From Octopus sinensis (Eukaryota): 10,553 bases of DNA. The notes under the pieces are model-generated. The model did not search any database, was not told where the DNA came from, and was given only the letters and a program-made list of their open reading frames with translations. The position numbers were made by a program, and so were the translations under genes. The stretch is taken from assembly GCF_006345805.1 (NCBI RefSeq), contig NW_021827281.1:1-10553 (forward strand). Direction: 5' to 3'. The number at the start of each line of letters is the position of its first letter. Position 1 is the first letter of the stretch. Below, in pieces: positions 1 to 8,989 of the stretch.

Positions 1-137
1 CACATACATACATGTATGCACACACATACATGCACACACACACATACATACATACATACATACATACATACATACACACACATACACATTCATACATGCA
101 TACATACATACATACACACCCACATATATATATATAC
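1..137. repeat. (CATA)n/(CA)n microsatellite, probably the expanded internal tract of a SINE family A copy
   Basis: Tandem CATA/CA units run directly into tatatacgacagg, the same junction seen inside the full copy at about 1975-2015. Confidence 0.9.
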
Positions 138-212
138 GACAGGCGTCTTTCATTTTCCGTCTACCAAATCCACTCATAGGTCTTTGGTCAGCCCTGGGTT
201 ATAATAGGAGAC
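132..212 (-). mobile_element. SINE family A fragment (segment between the internal microsatellite and the head)
   Basis: gacaggcgtctttcattttccgtctaccaaatccactcataggtctttggtcagccc aligns with 2011-2070 (gacaggcttctttcagtttccgtctaaaccaaaaccactcacaagcattggtcggccc). Confidence 0.85.
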
Positions 213-250
213 ATATATATGTATATATGTTTGTATGCGTGTATTTATGT

Positions 251-369
251 TCTTTTACTTGTTTCAGTCATCTGACTGCGGCCGTGCTGGAGCACCGCCT
301 TGAAGGGTGTTAGTCGAAGAAAATCGACCCCAGAACATATTCTTTGCAAACCTAGTGCTTATTCTATCA
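251..369 (-). mobile_element. SINE family A 3' fragment
   Basis: tcttttacttgtttcagtcatctgactgcggccgtgctggagcaccgcc...cttattctatcag aligns with 1776-1885. Confidence 0.9.
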
Positions 370-372
370 GCC

Positions 373-402
373 GTTTCGGTTGATACTCTCCAGCTTCATC
401 AG
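373..402 (-). ncRNA. Degenerate hammerhead-ribozyme-like core
   Basis: Minus strand reads CTGATGA-AGCTGGAGAGTATCAACC-GAAAC, i.e. the CUGANGA and GAAA boxes around an imperfect stem II. Stem III and the cleavage site are not evident because the SINE A fragment abuts at 369. Confidence 0.4.
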
Positions 403-454
403 GTGTGTTGGGGGAAATTTCGAACCGGGGTCTCATTCCTACATATTTTTTGAT

Positions 455-473
455 GTTGTTGTTGTTGTTTTTG

Positions 474-510
<37 letters not shown>
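455..510. repeat. (TTG)n-(TTA)n microsatellite
   Basis: Direct tandem units. Confidence 0.95.
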
Positions 511-513
<3 letters not shown>

Positions 514-688
514 TTCATTTCTTGCCCGAGTTGTCTTCCCGACTCCTAGGGGCAAGAAACTCAAATACTCATGGAAAGAAAAATTGGTAGGCCATTAAAC
601 CAAACTCAATAGTTCGTTCATTTTTTTTTTTTTTTAATTAAATTAAAAATACATGAGCAGCAACAGTTTCTCATATCGACAATCGCTG

Positions 689-815
689 TTATTATTATTA
701 TTATTATATTATTATTATTATTATTATTATTTTATTATTATTATCATTATTATTATTATTACATCATTATTAATTATATCATCATTATTATCATTATTAT
801 ATTATTAGTATTATT
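689..815. repeat. (TTA/TCA)n microsatellite, read as (AAT)n immediately 3' of the SINE D head on the minus strand
   Basis: Direct tandem units abutting 816. Confidence 0.95.
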
Positions 816-888
816 CAGGTTACTGCCTGGAATCGAACTCGGAATCTTGGGGTTAGTAGCCCGCGCTCTAACCACTACGCTATACTCC
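816..888 (-). mobile_element. tRNA-derived SINE head (family D)
   Basis: Minus strand GGAGTATAGCGTAGTGGTTAGAGCGCGGGCTACTAACCCCAAGATTCCGAGTTCGATTCCAGGCAG carries a Pol III A box (TAGCGTAGTGG) and B box (GAGTTCGATTCC). The acceptor and anticodon stems do not pair properly and an (AAT)n tract follows. Confidence 0.8.
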
Positions 889-984
889 TGTGTGTATATT
901 ATCTTTATAATATGTATTTTACCTAAATGGATTTTTATATACTGGCCACTTAATTTCAACGATGTTTTCTTAATTGCGCTAATA

Positions 985-1023
985 TACATACATACTATTC
1001 TACATACATATATATACATTATA

Positions 1024-1058
<35 letters not shown>

Positions 1059-1227
1059 CTATATATATATATATATATATATATAGTAATTTATATATAT
1101 ATTGTATATATATATGTATATATATATGTATATCTATTATATATATCTGTATATATATATATATATATATAATATATATATAGATATATATATATATATA
1201 TATACATATATATATAGTATATATATA
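985..1227. repeat. (TA)n-rich microsatellite
   Basis: Imperfect TA tandem units. Confidence 0.95.
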
Positions 1228-1387
1228 ATGTGCTCCTTCAGTATGTTTCTCGCCACCAACCTTATGTTTACGCAGTGTCTTTGATTTTTGTAGCTTAATT
1301 ATTTTGAAATACAAAGCATGTTGGGTCATGAACGCATTAAATAAGCATAGGAAGGCGTCCCTATAGCTAACACAGTTTGATAATCGA

Positions 1388-1460
1388 TTTCATGTATCGA
1401 CTTATTTACACACACACACTCTCACACACACACACTCTCTCACACACACACATACACACA
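1388..1460. repeat. (CA)n/(CT)n microsatellite
   Basis: Direct tandem units. Confidence 0.9.
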
Positions 1461-1592
1461 TGCATCCAATACATTTTATATATTCATGTAGAGAGACAAA
1501 TAGAAAAGACGAAAGAGATAAGACATTAACAACATGGAAGTGTTTAATTTTGCTATGGTTTTAAATAAGATAAAATGCCTACAAAACATCCC

Positions 1593-1760
1593 GGGAAGGT
1601 TAGTTAGTTACATTGATTCTGGCATTTGACTGTTGCTTTATTTTATCAATCCCAGAAAGATGGAAGCAAATTCGACCCCGGCGGAATTTGAACTCAGAAC
1701 GTAAAGTTGGTCGAAATTCCAGTAAACATTTCGTGTTAACGATTCTGCCATCTCGCTACC
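1593..1760 (-). mobile_element. tRNA-derived SINE family B, 3'-incomplete
   Basis: Minus strand begins GGTAGCGAGATGGCAGAATCGTTAAC (A box), has GAGTTCAAATTCC (B box, about 1683-1695) and then ggggtcgaatttgcttccatctttctgggattgataaaataaagc, which is similar to 10398-10445. Confidence 0.85.
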
Positions 1761-1762
1761 CT

Positions 1763-2168
1763 CTTACTCTGTTACTCTTTTACTTATTTCAGTCATTTGA
1801 CTGCGGCCATGCTGGAGCTCCGTCTTTAATCGAGCAACTCGACCCCGGGACTTATTCTTTTGTAAGCCCAGTACGTATTCTATCGGTCTCTTTAGCCGAA
1901 CCGCTAAGTAACGGGGACATAAACACACCACCATCGGTTGTCAAGCAATCCCAGGGGGACAAACACAGACACACAAACATATACACACACATATATATAC
2001 ATATATATACGACAGGCTTCTTTCAGTTTCCGTCTAAACCAAAACCACTCACAAGCATTGGTCGGCCCGAGCTCATAGCAAGACACTGCCCCAGGTGCCA
2101 CGCAGTGGGACTGAACCCAGAACCATGTGGTTAGTAAGCACTACTTACCACACAGCCACTCCTGCGCC
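1763..2168 (-). mobile_element. Full-length tRNA-derived SINE family A with an internal (TA/TG) microsatellite
   Basis: Head GGCGCAGGAGTGGCTGTGTGGTAAG (A box) ... GGTTCAGTCCC (B box), internal microsatellite about 1965-2010, tail AAGTAAAAGAGTAACAGAGTAAG. Flanked by the direct repeat CTACCCT (1756-1762 and 2168-2174), a candidate TSD. Confidence 0.88.
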
Positions 2169-2174
2169 TACCCT

Positions 2175-2728
2175 TGAATTCTTTCTACTTTTGGCTGATG
2201 GTGAAGGCGCGTGGCTTGGTGGTTAGGGCATTCGGCTCACGATTAAAAGGTCGTGAGTTCAATCCCCGGTGACGCGATGTGTCCTTGAGCAAGACCCTTT
2301 ATTTCACGTTGCTTCAGTCCACTCAGCTGGCAGAAATGAGTAGTACCTGTATTTCAAAGGGTCGGCCTTGTCACACTCTGCGTCATGCTGAATCTCCCTG
2401 AGAACTACGTTTGGAGTACACGTGTCTGTGGAGTGCTCAGCCACTTGCCCGTTAATTTCACGGGCAGGCTGTTCCGTCAATCGTATCAGCTGGGACGCTC
2501 GTCGTTATAACCGACGGAGTGCTCCTATTGGCAGGAGGCCTGACATTTTGGGAAGCGGTCTAATCGATTACATTGACCCCCCCCCGAGCTCAAACTGATA
2601 CATATTTTATAGACCCCGAAAGGATGAAAGGAAAAGCCAGTTTTGGAGGGATTTGAGTTTATGATTTCAATGGCATGAAGAAAAACCGCTCAGCATTTTT
2701 TTCAAAGCTCAAACGATTCTGCTAGTTC
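2175..2728 (-). mobile_element. SINE family B copy interrupted by SINE C (2175-2195 joined to 2533-2728)
   Basis: ttctttctacttttggc resumes as aggaggcc...ttttatagaccccgaaaggatgaaaggaaaag...aacgattctgctag, collinear with the B copies at 3347-3562 and 1593-1760. Confidence 0.8.
2196..2527 (+). mobile_element. tRNA-derived SINE family C
   Basis: A box GTGGCTTGGTGG (2210-2221), B box GAGTTCAATCCC (about 2255-2266), then TGTGTCCTTGAGCAAGAC, which resembles CORE-type SINE domains. Its 3' ~185 bp are shared with 6790-6974. Short duplicated TTGGC at 2191-2195 and 2528-2532. Confidence 0.88.
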
Positions 2729-2730
2729 AG

Positions 2731-2759
2731 TAATAATAATAATAATGATAATAATTATA

Positions 2760-2788
<29 letters not shown>
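2731..2788. repeat. (AAT)n microsatellite, 5' flank of the R4/Dong-like fragment
   Basis: Direct tandem units. Confidence 0.95.
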
Positions 2789-2791
<3 letters not shown>

Positions 2792-3290
2792 CAGAAAAAA
2801 GATGATATAGGCACACACCAGAAAAGGTCACAGAAAACGAGAAAGCAACCATACTCTGGGATATGCCGATACACACAGATAGAGAAATTAAGGCCAACAG
2901 GCCAGATATCATGAAGGAAAAAAATGCTTTCTAATTGATGTATCAATACCGGCAGATGACAACGTGTCTCTAAAAGAAATGGAGAAACTTTCAAAATACA
3001 AAGACCTGGAAATAGAGGTAACCAGAATGTGGAATCTAAAAACAGAAGCAATTCCTATCATAGTAGGTGCATTAGGCATGATAAAAAATATCCAACAATA
3101 CATAACAAAAACACCAGGACTTACAACACATACAGAAAATTGCACTACTAGGCACTGCATACATCCTACGCAGAACACTTTCCACATACATAACCATCAG
3201 AGCATCACAAACAAATCACAGCACATACCCAGGCACACAGAGCTGCGCTCGGTAGTGAAGTGAAGCACGCTATAAAAATAAACTATACTG
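2789..3290 (+). mobile_element. 5'-truncated non-LTR retrotransposon with a restriction-like endonuclease (R4/Dong-like, R2 group); frameshifted
   Basis: Joined translation YRHTPEKVTENEKATILWDMPIHTDREIKANRPDI / KKCFLIDVSIPADDNVSLKEMEKLSKYKDLEIEVTRMWNLKTEAIPIIVGALGMIK / IQKIALLGTAYILRRTLSI shows the RPDI...DV..P...E.EK..KY..L and P.IVGALG motifs of the REL endonuclease C-terminus, followed by a short 3' UTR. Confidence 0.9.
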
Positions 3291-3315
3291 AATAATAATA
3301 ATAATAATAATAATA

Positions 3316-3346
<31 letters not shown>
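3291..3346. repeat. (AAT)n microsatellite, 3' flank or tail of the R4/Dong-like fragment
   Basis: Direct tandem units. Confidence 0.95.
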
Positions 3347-3562
3347 GTGGTGTTTGAAATTTTGGCACAAGGCCAGCAATTTCGTGGGGAATGGGAGTCG
3401 ATCATGTCAATTCTAGTAATTGATGGGTATTTCTATTATCTTTTATCAAACAGATAAAAGTCGAAGTTGATTCCGACGGTATTTGAAACCAGAATGTAAA
3501 GAAGGGGAACAATTACTGCATAGCATTTTTTTTACGATGCTCTGACAATTCTGCCATGAGAC
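3347..3562 (-). mobile_element. Diverged SINE family B copy
   Basis: ttttggcacaaggccagcaattt...gacggtatttgaaaccagaatgtaaag...acaattctgcc is collinear with the other B copies. Confidence 0.8.
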
Positions 3563-3564
3563 GT

Positions 3565-3740
3565 TATCCTTTGGCACAAAGTCAACCAATTTGTTTTTTG
3601 AGGGGAGGGGCAAGTCGAGTATTTCCAACCGGGTACTTGACCGGTGCTACATTTTATCACCGCTCTGAGCCCGAAAATACGAAAGGCAAAATTAACATCG
3701 ACGGCATTTGAACTCAGAACTTAACGTGACAAATGCAAAC
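3565..3740 (-). mobile_element. Second, tandem SINE family B copy; head cut off by the LINE at 3741
   Basis: tttggcacaaagtcaaccaattt...cccgaaaatacgaaaggcaaaattaacatcgacggcatttgaactcagaac includes the B-box complement. Confidence 0.78.
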
Positions 3741-4115
3741 TTAGTTAGTTAGTTAGTTACTTAATTTGGCTCAAAAGCAAATAGCAAGGCCATGTAGGGG
3801 GACATGGAGTTAAGTACAGGGTGGTGTTCATGTAAAGAGTTCAGGCCACTGAGGTCAAGGGAGGCTTTGAACAAAGCGGTCGTCGGCATCTTCACTCTCG
3901 TCTAGCAGCTTGTTCCACGGATCCGCAACCCGGACGGAGAAAGCTCCTCTCCTTCGATTGAGATGAAATCGTCGCAGGTAGAGCTTTTTGGAATGACCCT
4001 GCAGCCGACGCTCTGGAGCAGGAGTGAAGAACAGCTCTTTCGAGAGGTTACGCTTTCCGCTTATGATGCTGTGGGCGAGAATGAGATCACCACAGCGGCG
4101 GCGTTTTTCTAGAGA
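3741..4115 (-). mobile_element. 5'-truncated CR1/L2-type LINE: ORF2 C-terminus, 3' UTR and (AACT)n tail
   Basis: SLEKRRRCGDLILAHSIISG...FF...RLQGHSKKL...RRGAFSVRVADPWNKL matches the RRLRGDLI / RGH..KL / FS.RV...WN.LP pattern of CR1-group ORF2 ends. Tail GTAACTAACTAACTAACTAA at 3760-3741. Confidence 0.88.
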
Positions 4116-4599
4116 ACTATTTAACAGAAACAGCTGCCTGTTTCCATTGAAACGCACAGACAAAAAAAAAACCACAATAAATGAAATTTCCAATATACTC
4201 AGTAAATATTCTATTCGTCTCAAATTGCAAACAAGTTGTGTCAAGAGATGTCTTGTTAACTACCTTTTTGTTTCCTTTTTACATAAATCATGGCGGCCTT
4301 CGGAACTATCGAGCAGGGAAGACAACAACACGCTTCACTGATGATCTGATGATCTTCGTCTGGATTTATCTAATACTTTAGTTAATGATATTATTTATAT
4401 TATATTATATTATATATATATATAGGTATATATATACTTATAATTAAACTATTTGTTCCACCTGACAGTCATCTTACCTGAAACTTTATCAATGAAAAGC
4501 TAACCAACACCTGTTCTGACTACGCAGATACATATTGACTAAAATAACGATCAATTTGAGCGCATGCGCTTGTTTGTGTGACTGTTTGTGGGTTGGTGT

Positions 4600-4600
4600 G

Positions 4601-4640
<40 letters not shown>

Positions 4641-4991
4641 GGTGTGTGTGTATATATATATATATGTGTGTGTGTGTGTATGTGTGTATGTGTGTGTGTG
4701 TATATATGTGTGGGGGGTATGTGTATATATATATATATTTTATATATATAGCATATATGTATATATTATGTAATATATATATATATATATATAGTGTATA
4801 TATATAATATCTATATATAAATATATATATATACATATACATATACATACATTTTCATCTATAAAAGGTATGTTATACAAACATATTATATTGTATATAT
4901 GTATTAATATATATATCTATATATATATATATATATAATGTTTATGTCTATCTATCTATCTATCTGTCTATCTATCTATCTATCTATCTAG

Positions 4992-5027
<36 letters not shown>

Positions 5028-5101
5028 TTCTCTATCTATCTATCTATCTACTATCTCTCTATCTATCGATCTATCTATCATCTATCTATCTGTTTATCTA
5101 T

Positions 5102-5179
<78 letters not shown>

Positions 5180-5222
5180 CCCTCTCTCCCTCCCCCTTCT
5201 CTCTCTCTATCTCTCTATCTAT
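4600..5222. repeat. Compound microsatellite: (TA)n/(TG)n, then (ATCT)n and (CT)n
   Basis: Direct tandem units; the ATCT block runs about 4948-5180. Confidence 0.95.
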
Positions 5223-5224
5223 GG

Positions 5225-5415
5225 TCTTTTGCATGTTTCTGTCATTACTCCGGTGCATGCTGGGACATTGCATTGAGAGGTTTTGTTGAATGACCTGAGT
5301 TCGTTTCATAAGTCTGTCGCTTATTCTATCGATCATTTTGTCAAACTGCTAAGCTACGAGAAAACAAACAAATCAACAACATATGTCGAGTAGTGAGAAG
5401 CAAACATAACACCCA
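5225..5415 (-). mobile_element. Old, diverged SINE family A 3' half
   Basis: tcttttgcatgtttctgtcatt...catgctgg...cttattctatcgatcattttgtcaaactgctaagctacg...aaaca is collinear with 1776-1980 but has many substitutions. Confidence 0.65.
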
Positions 5416-5502
5416 CACACATATATGCACACATCTATATAAGCATAAATATATATTATTTATTATTGTTATTTAATTAAACGCCACGCGTCCCTTTCCA
5501 AG

Positions 5503-5782
5503 TGTGTATATATATATGTATATATGTATGTATGTATGTATGTATGTGTGTATGTATGTATGTATGTATGTATGTATGTATGTATGTATGTATGTGTGTA
5601 TGTATGTGTGTATGCATGTATGTATGTATGTATGTATGTATGTGTGTATGTATGTATGTATGTATGTATGTGTGTATGCATGTAATGTATGTATGTATGT
5701 ATGTATGTATGTGTGTATGCATGTATGTATGTATGTATGTATGTATGTTGTATGTGTATATGTAATGTATATTATATATATA
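5503..5782. repeat. (TATG)n microsatellite
   Basis: Direct tandem units. Confidence 0.95.
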
Positions 5783-5844
5783 AAATTTACTGAAAACACA
5801 AAAGATGAAGACGGTGTATGCACAACAAGCAGGTGTATTAGCTT

Positions 5845-5893
5845 GACGCTCGGGAAGGTGAGAATCTTTTACGTTCGAGCCTACGCTCTTCAG
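5845..5893 (-). ncRNA. Degenerate hammerhead-ribozyme-like core within a probable repeat (about 5785-5945)
   Basis: Minus strand CTGAAGA-GCGTAGGCTC-GAA-CGT...AGCGTC: CUGANGA box, short stem II, GAA(A) lacking one A, ACG/CGT stem III pairing and a GUC triplet at 5847-5845. Stem I does not pair in this copy. Confidence 0.45.
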
Positions 5894-5984
5894 CTGAATG
5901 GAACACGAGGAAATAAACAGAAAGAAAATTAAAAAAAACAAAGCAAACTCGTACATTTATCGGTCAATAAGAAAAGGAGAGTCA

Positions 5985-6203
5985 GATATAATATAATATA
6001 TATATTATATACGATATATATATATAGAGAGAGAGAGAAGAGAGAGAGGCAAAGTAATAATGTATGGAGTAAGAAATAAACAATGTAAGAAAAACAAAGT
6101 TCAAAAAGGTTCGAACATTGCCTATTTATTTAAAGGGGAGATAACCGCCCCATCGCGAATTAGATATATGTATATATATATATGTATATATAATATGTAT
6201 ATA

Positions 6204-6243
<40 letters not shown>

Positions 6244-6272
6244 ATATTGATATGTATATTGTACTATATATA
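5985..6272. repeat. (TA)n/(GA)n tracts at 5985-6050 and 6165-6272
   Basis: Direct tandem units separated by about 115 bp of A-rich sequence. Confidence 0.9.
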
Positions 6273-6680
6273 TGACGTTCAAGACTGGCTGGCAATAAAA
6301 AATATAGGGAAACTCCGTTATTGAATAGAAATTGCAACACGAGAAATACTGGTTGCGCATTCCTATCGAAATATCTGTTAAGTGTAAATGTAACAAGCAG
6401 GAGACTGATGTCTGGGACAGACAAGAAAAATCATGTCCCTTCACAGGGGTCAGCTGTCCTGCAGACGTGGATACTTCTTTGACAATCAAAGAGTAAAGGG
6501 ATAACTATGGATAAATGCTTCGAAGCTTCTAAATTCTATATCCAGATTATAAATTCTGCTTCATTTTGGTGAGATCAACAGAAGAGAATTCCATCCATTG
6601 AAAGATGACCATCATTCAATATAGACAGTATCTAAATTTGAGCTACAATTAGTTTCATGCTATATAGCTTATATATCAAG

Positions 6681-6974
6681 ATGGGCGAAAACACCTAAAG
6701 CTCCACGAGGCTCCGGCAGGGGATGGTGATGAACCCTGCTGTACTCTTTCACCACCAAACTTTCTCACTCTTACTTCTCCTGTTCTGTTGTACCTGTATT
6801 TCAAAGGACCGGCCTTGTCACTCTCTGTGTCACGCTGAATATCCCCGAGAACTACGTTAAGGGTACACGTGTCTGTGGAGTGCTCAGCCACTTACACGTT
6901 AATTTCACGAGCAGGCTGTTCCGTTGATTCGGATCAACCGGAACCCTCATCGTCGTAACCGACGGAGTGCTTCC
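6681..6974 (+). mobile_element. 294-bp retro-insertion (probable 5'-truncated LINE 3' end or another SINE family) sharing its tail with SINE C
   Basis: Exact 9-bp direct repeat TATATCAAG at 6672-6680 and 6975-6983. 6790-6974 aligns with 2342-2525, whereas 6681-6789 is unrelated to the SINE C head and has no A or B box. Confidence 0.85.
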
Positions 6975-7366
6975 TATATCAAGCCTTGTGATTCCAAGCA
7001 GTCTTTCACATTCACACATACAACACGGCTAGTATTTTTGATAAAATAAGCAAAACAAAAGACAAAAAATCCCCTAAAAAATCAAGGGAGGGTGTTGGTC
7101 TTTTTTCTTATTCCACTTTCAGCCTTAAATTTACTCTTGTTGTTTCTCATGTTTTCTCAAAGACTAGCACTCTTTCGCGTTTATTTGACTTTCCAATGAC
7201 CCGAGTCCGTCCCCATGTTTTCAATTAAGACCAATCATGTTGTATATCCGAGTCTAACTGGTTGCTTGGGAATACAAGACTTGATAAATAAGCTTGTCTG
7301 TTTATTGTGTTTTCACACCATAAATCTAATATTAGCTCCACTTAAATACTGTGTTTATTAAATGAC

Positions 7367-7454
7367 AAACACACACACACACACACACATCTATAATCGA
7401 CCAATGGATACACACACATACAGACACACACAACTACATACGTATATGTACATC

Positions 7455-7485
<31 letters not shown>

Positions 7486-7505
7486 TATATAATATATAAA
7501 TATGA

Positions 7506-7556
<51 letters not shown>

Positions 7557-7594
7557 ATGTATATGTATAGTATATTATATATATATATATTATA

Positions 7595-7631
<37 letters not shown>

Positions 7632-8332
7632 AAACGTACGCCCACGCATACAAAAGCGTGAAACCCAGACCACGCTGTATGTATATCTATACATATGTGT
7701 ATGTAGGTGCATGTGTATGCATGTATGTGTGTCTATCCACTGGTTGATACAGATGAGTGTGTGTGTGTGTGGTGTGTGTGTGTGTGTGTGTGTGTATGCC
7801 TCGATTTTCACACACGAATATATAGAAGTGTTATGTCAACAGAAATGCAATTACAAGTGTATTATCTGGCGTATACATACATGTGAACATTCGAATTAAT
7901 AAATAAATGTGGATGTGCATTTATCTGTTGCGCGTGTATACGTGTATATACACAATAAAACCTGTATCCCTACACACGCGACAATACACAGAAACAGACA
8001 CACACACACACACACACCACACACACACATACAGATACACATACAATCACGCAGGTATATACATACATACTCATAAAATGCACACACTTACATACATTCA
8101 CACACACACATATATATTATATATAGATGTGTATATCTATATAAATGTACACGCTTATGCATGCTCAAATACTACATACAACGTATATATAAGTGGACAT
8201 GAAAGGAAAAGAAAATGTTAGATCTAAGCAATTCACCCATACATATATACATATAAATATGGACACACACGCTCACTCACACATACACACACATGTTATG
8301 TATATGTATATATATATATATATATATATAAT

Positions 8333-8373
<41 letters not shown>

Positions 8374-8380
8374 ATACACA

Positions 8381-8443
<63 letters not shown>

Positions 8444-8524
8444 AATTATAACAGAAAACTTTGAATTATACATACATACAAATACACACACAACACACAC
8501 ACAACACACACACACACACACACA

Positions 8525-8570
<46 letters not shown>

Positions 8571-8571
8571 C

Positions 8572-8604
<33 letters not shown>

Positions 8605-8627
8605 TCTATCTATCTATCCATCTGTCC

Positions 8628-8668
<41 letters not shown>

Positions 8669-8746
8669 ACTATCTATCCTCTGTCCATCTATCTATCTAT
8701 CTATCTATTCTATCTATCTCTCTATTTATCTATCTATTCATCTATC

Positions 8747-8777
<31 letters not shown>

Positions 8778-8814
8778 CAATCTATCTATCATCTTTTATC
8801 TATCTATCTATCTG

Positions 8815-8910
<96 letters not shown>
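7367..8910. repeat. Large compound microsatellite field: (CA)n, (TA)n, (TG)n, and (ATCT)n at 8526-8910
   Basis: Direct tandem units with short degenerate spacers. Confidence 0.93.
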
Positions 8911-8989
8911 ATATATGCCTACGTATGTGTACAAAATTGTCTTTTGTGTTTTGTATGTTGTAAAGTAAAATCGATCAAAGTATGCCATG

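Noticed and set aside
1613-2134. 173-aa ORF and the antisense ORF at 1904-2101
   Set aside because: They run across two adjacent SINEs and an internal microsatellite, with no protein motif.
816-2270. tRNA-like sequences at 816-888, 1680-1760, 2090-2168 and 2200-2270 considered as tRNA genes
   Set aside because: A and B boxes are present but the cloverleaf stems are broken and each continues into a repeat body or tail, so they are SINE heads.
4338-4360. CTGATGA-T-CTGATGA tandem resembling a hammerhead or box C/D motif
   Set aside because: No GAAA box or stem follows, and there is no terminal pairing.
7100-7130. Strong-looking splice acceptor (pyrimidine tract plus CAG at 7120-7122)
   Set aside because: All three downstream frames close within about 35 codons and no matching donor or coding signal is evident.
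16-8521. The many ORFs rich in YI/HT/CV/YLSI/IIII, including 8461-9072
   Set aside because: They are translations of microsatellites that happen to lack stop codons.
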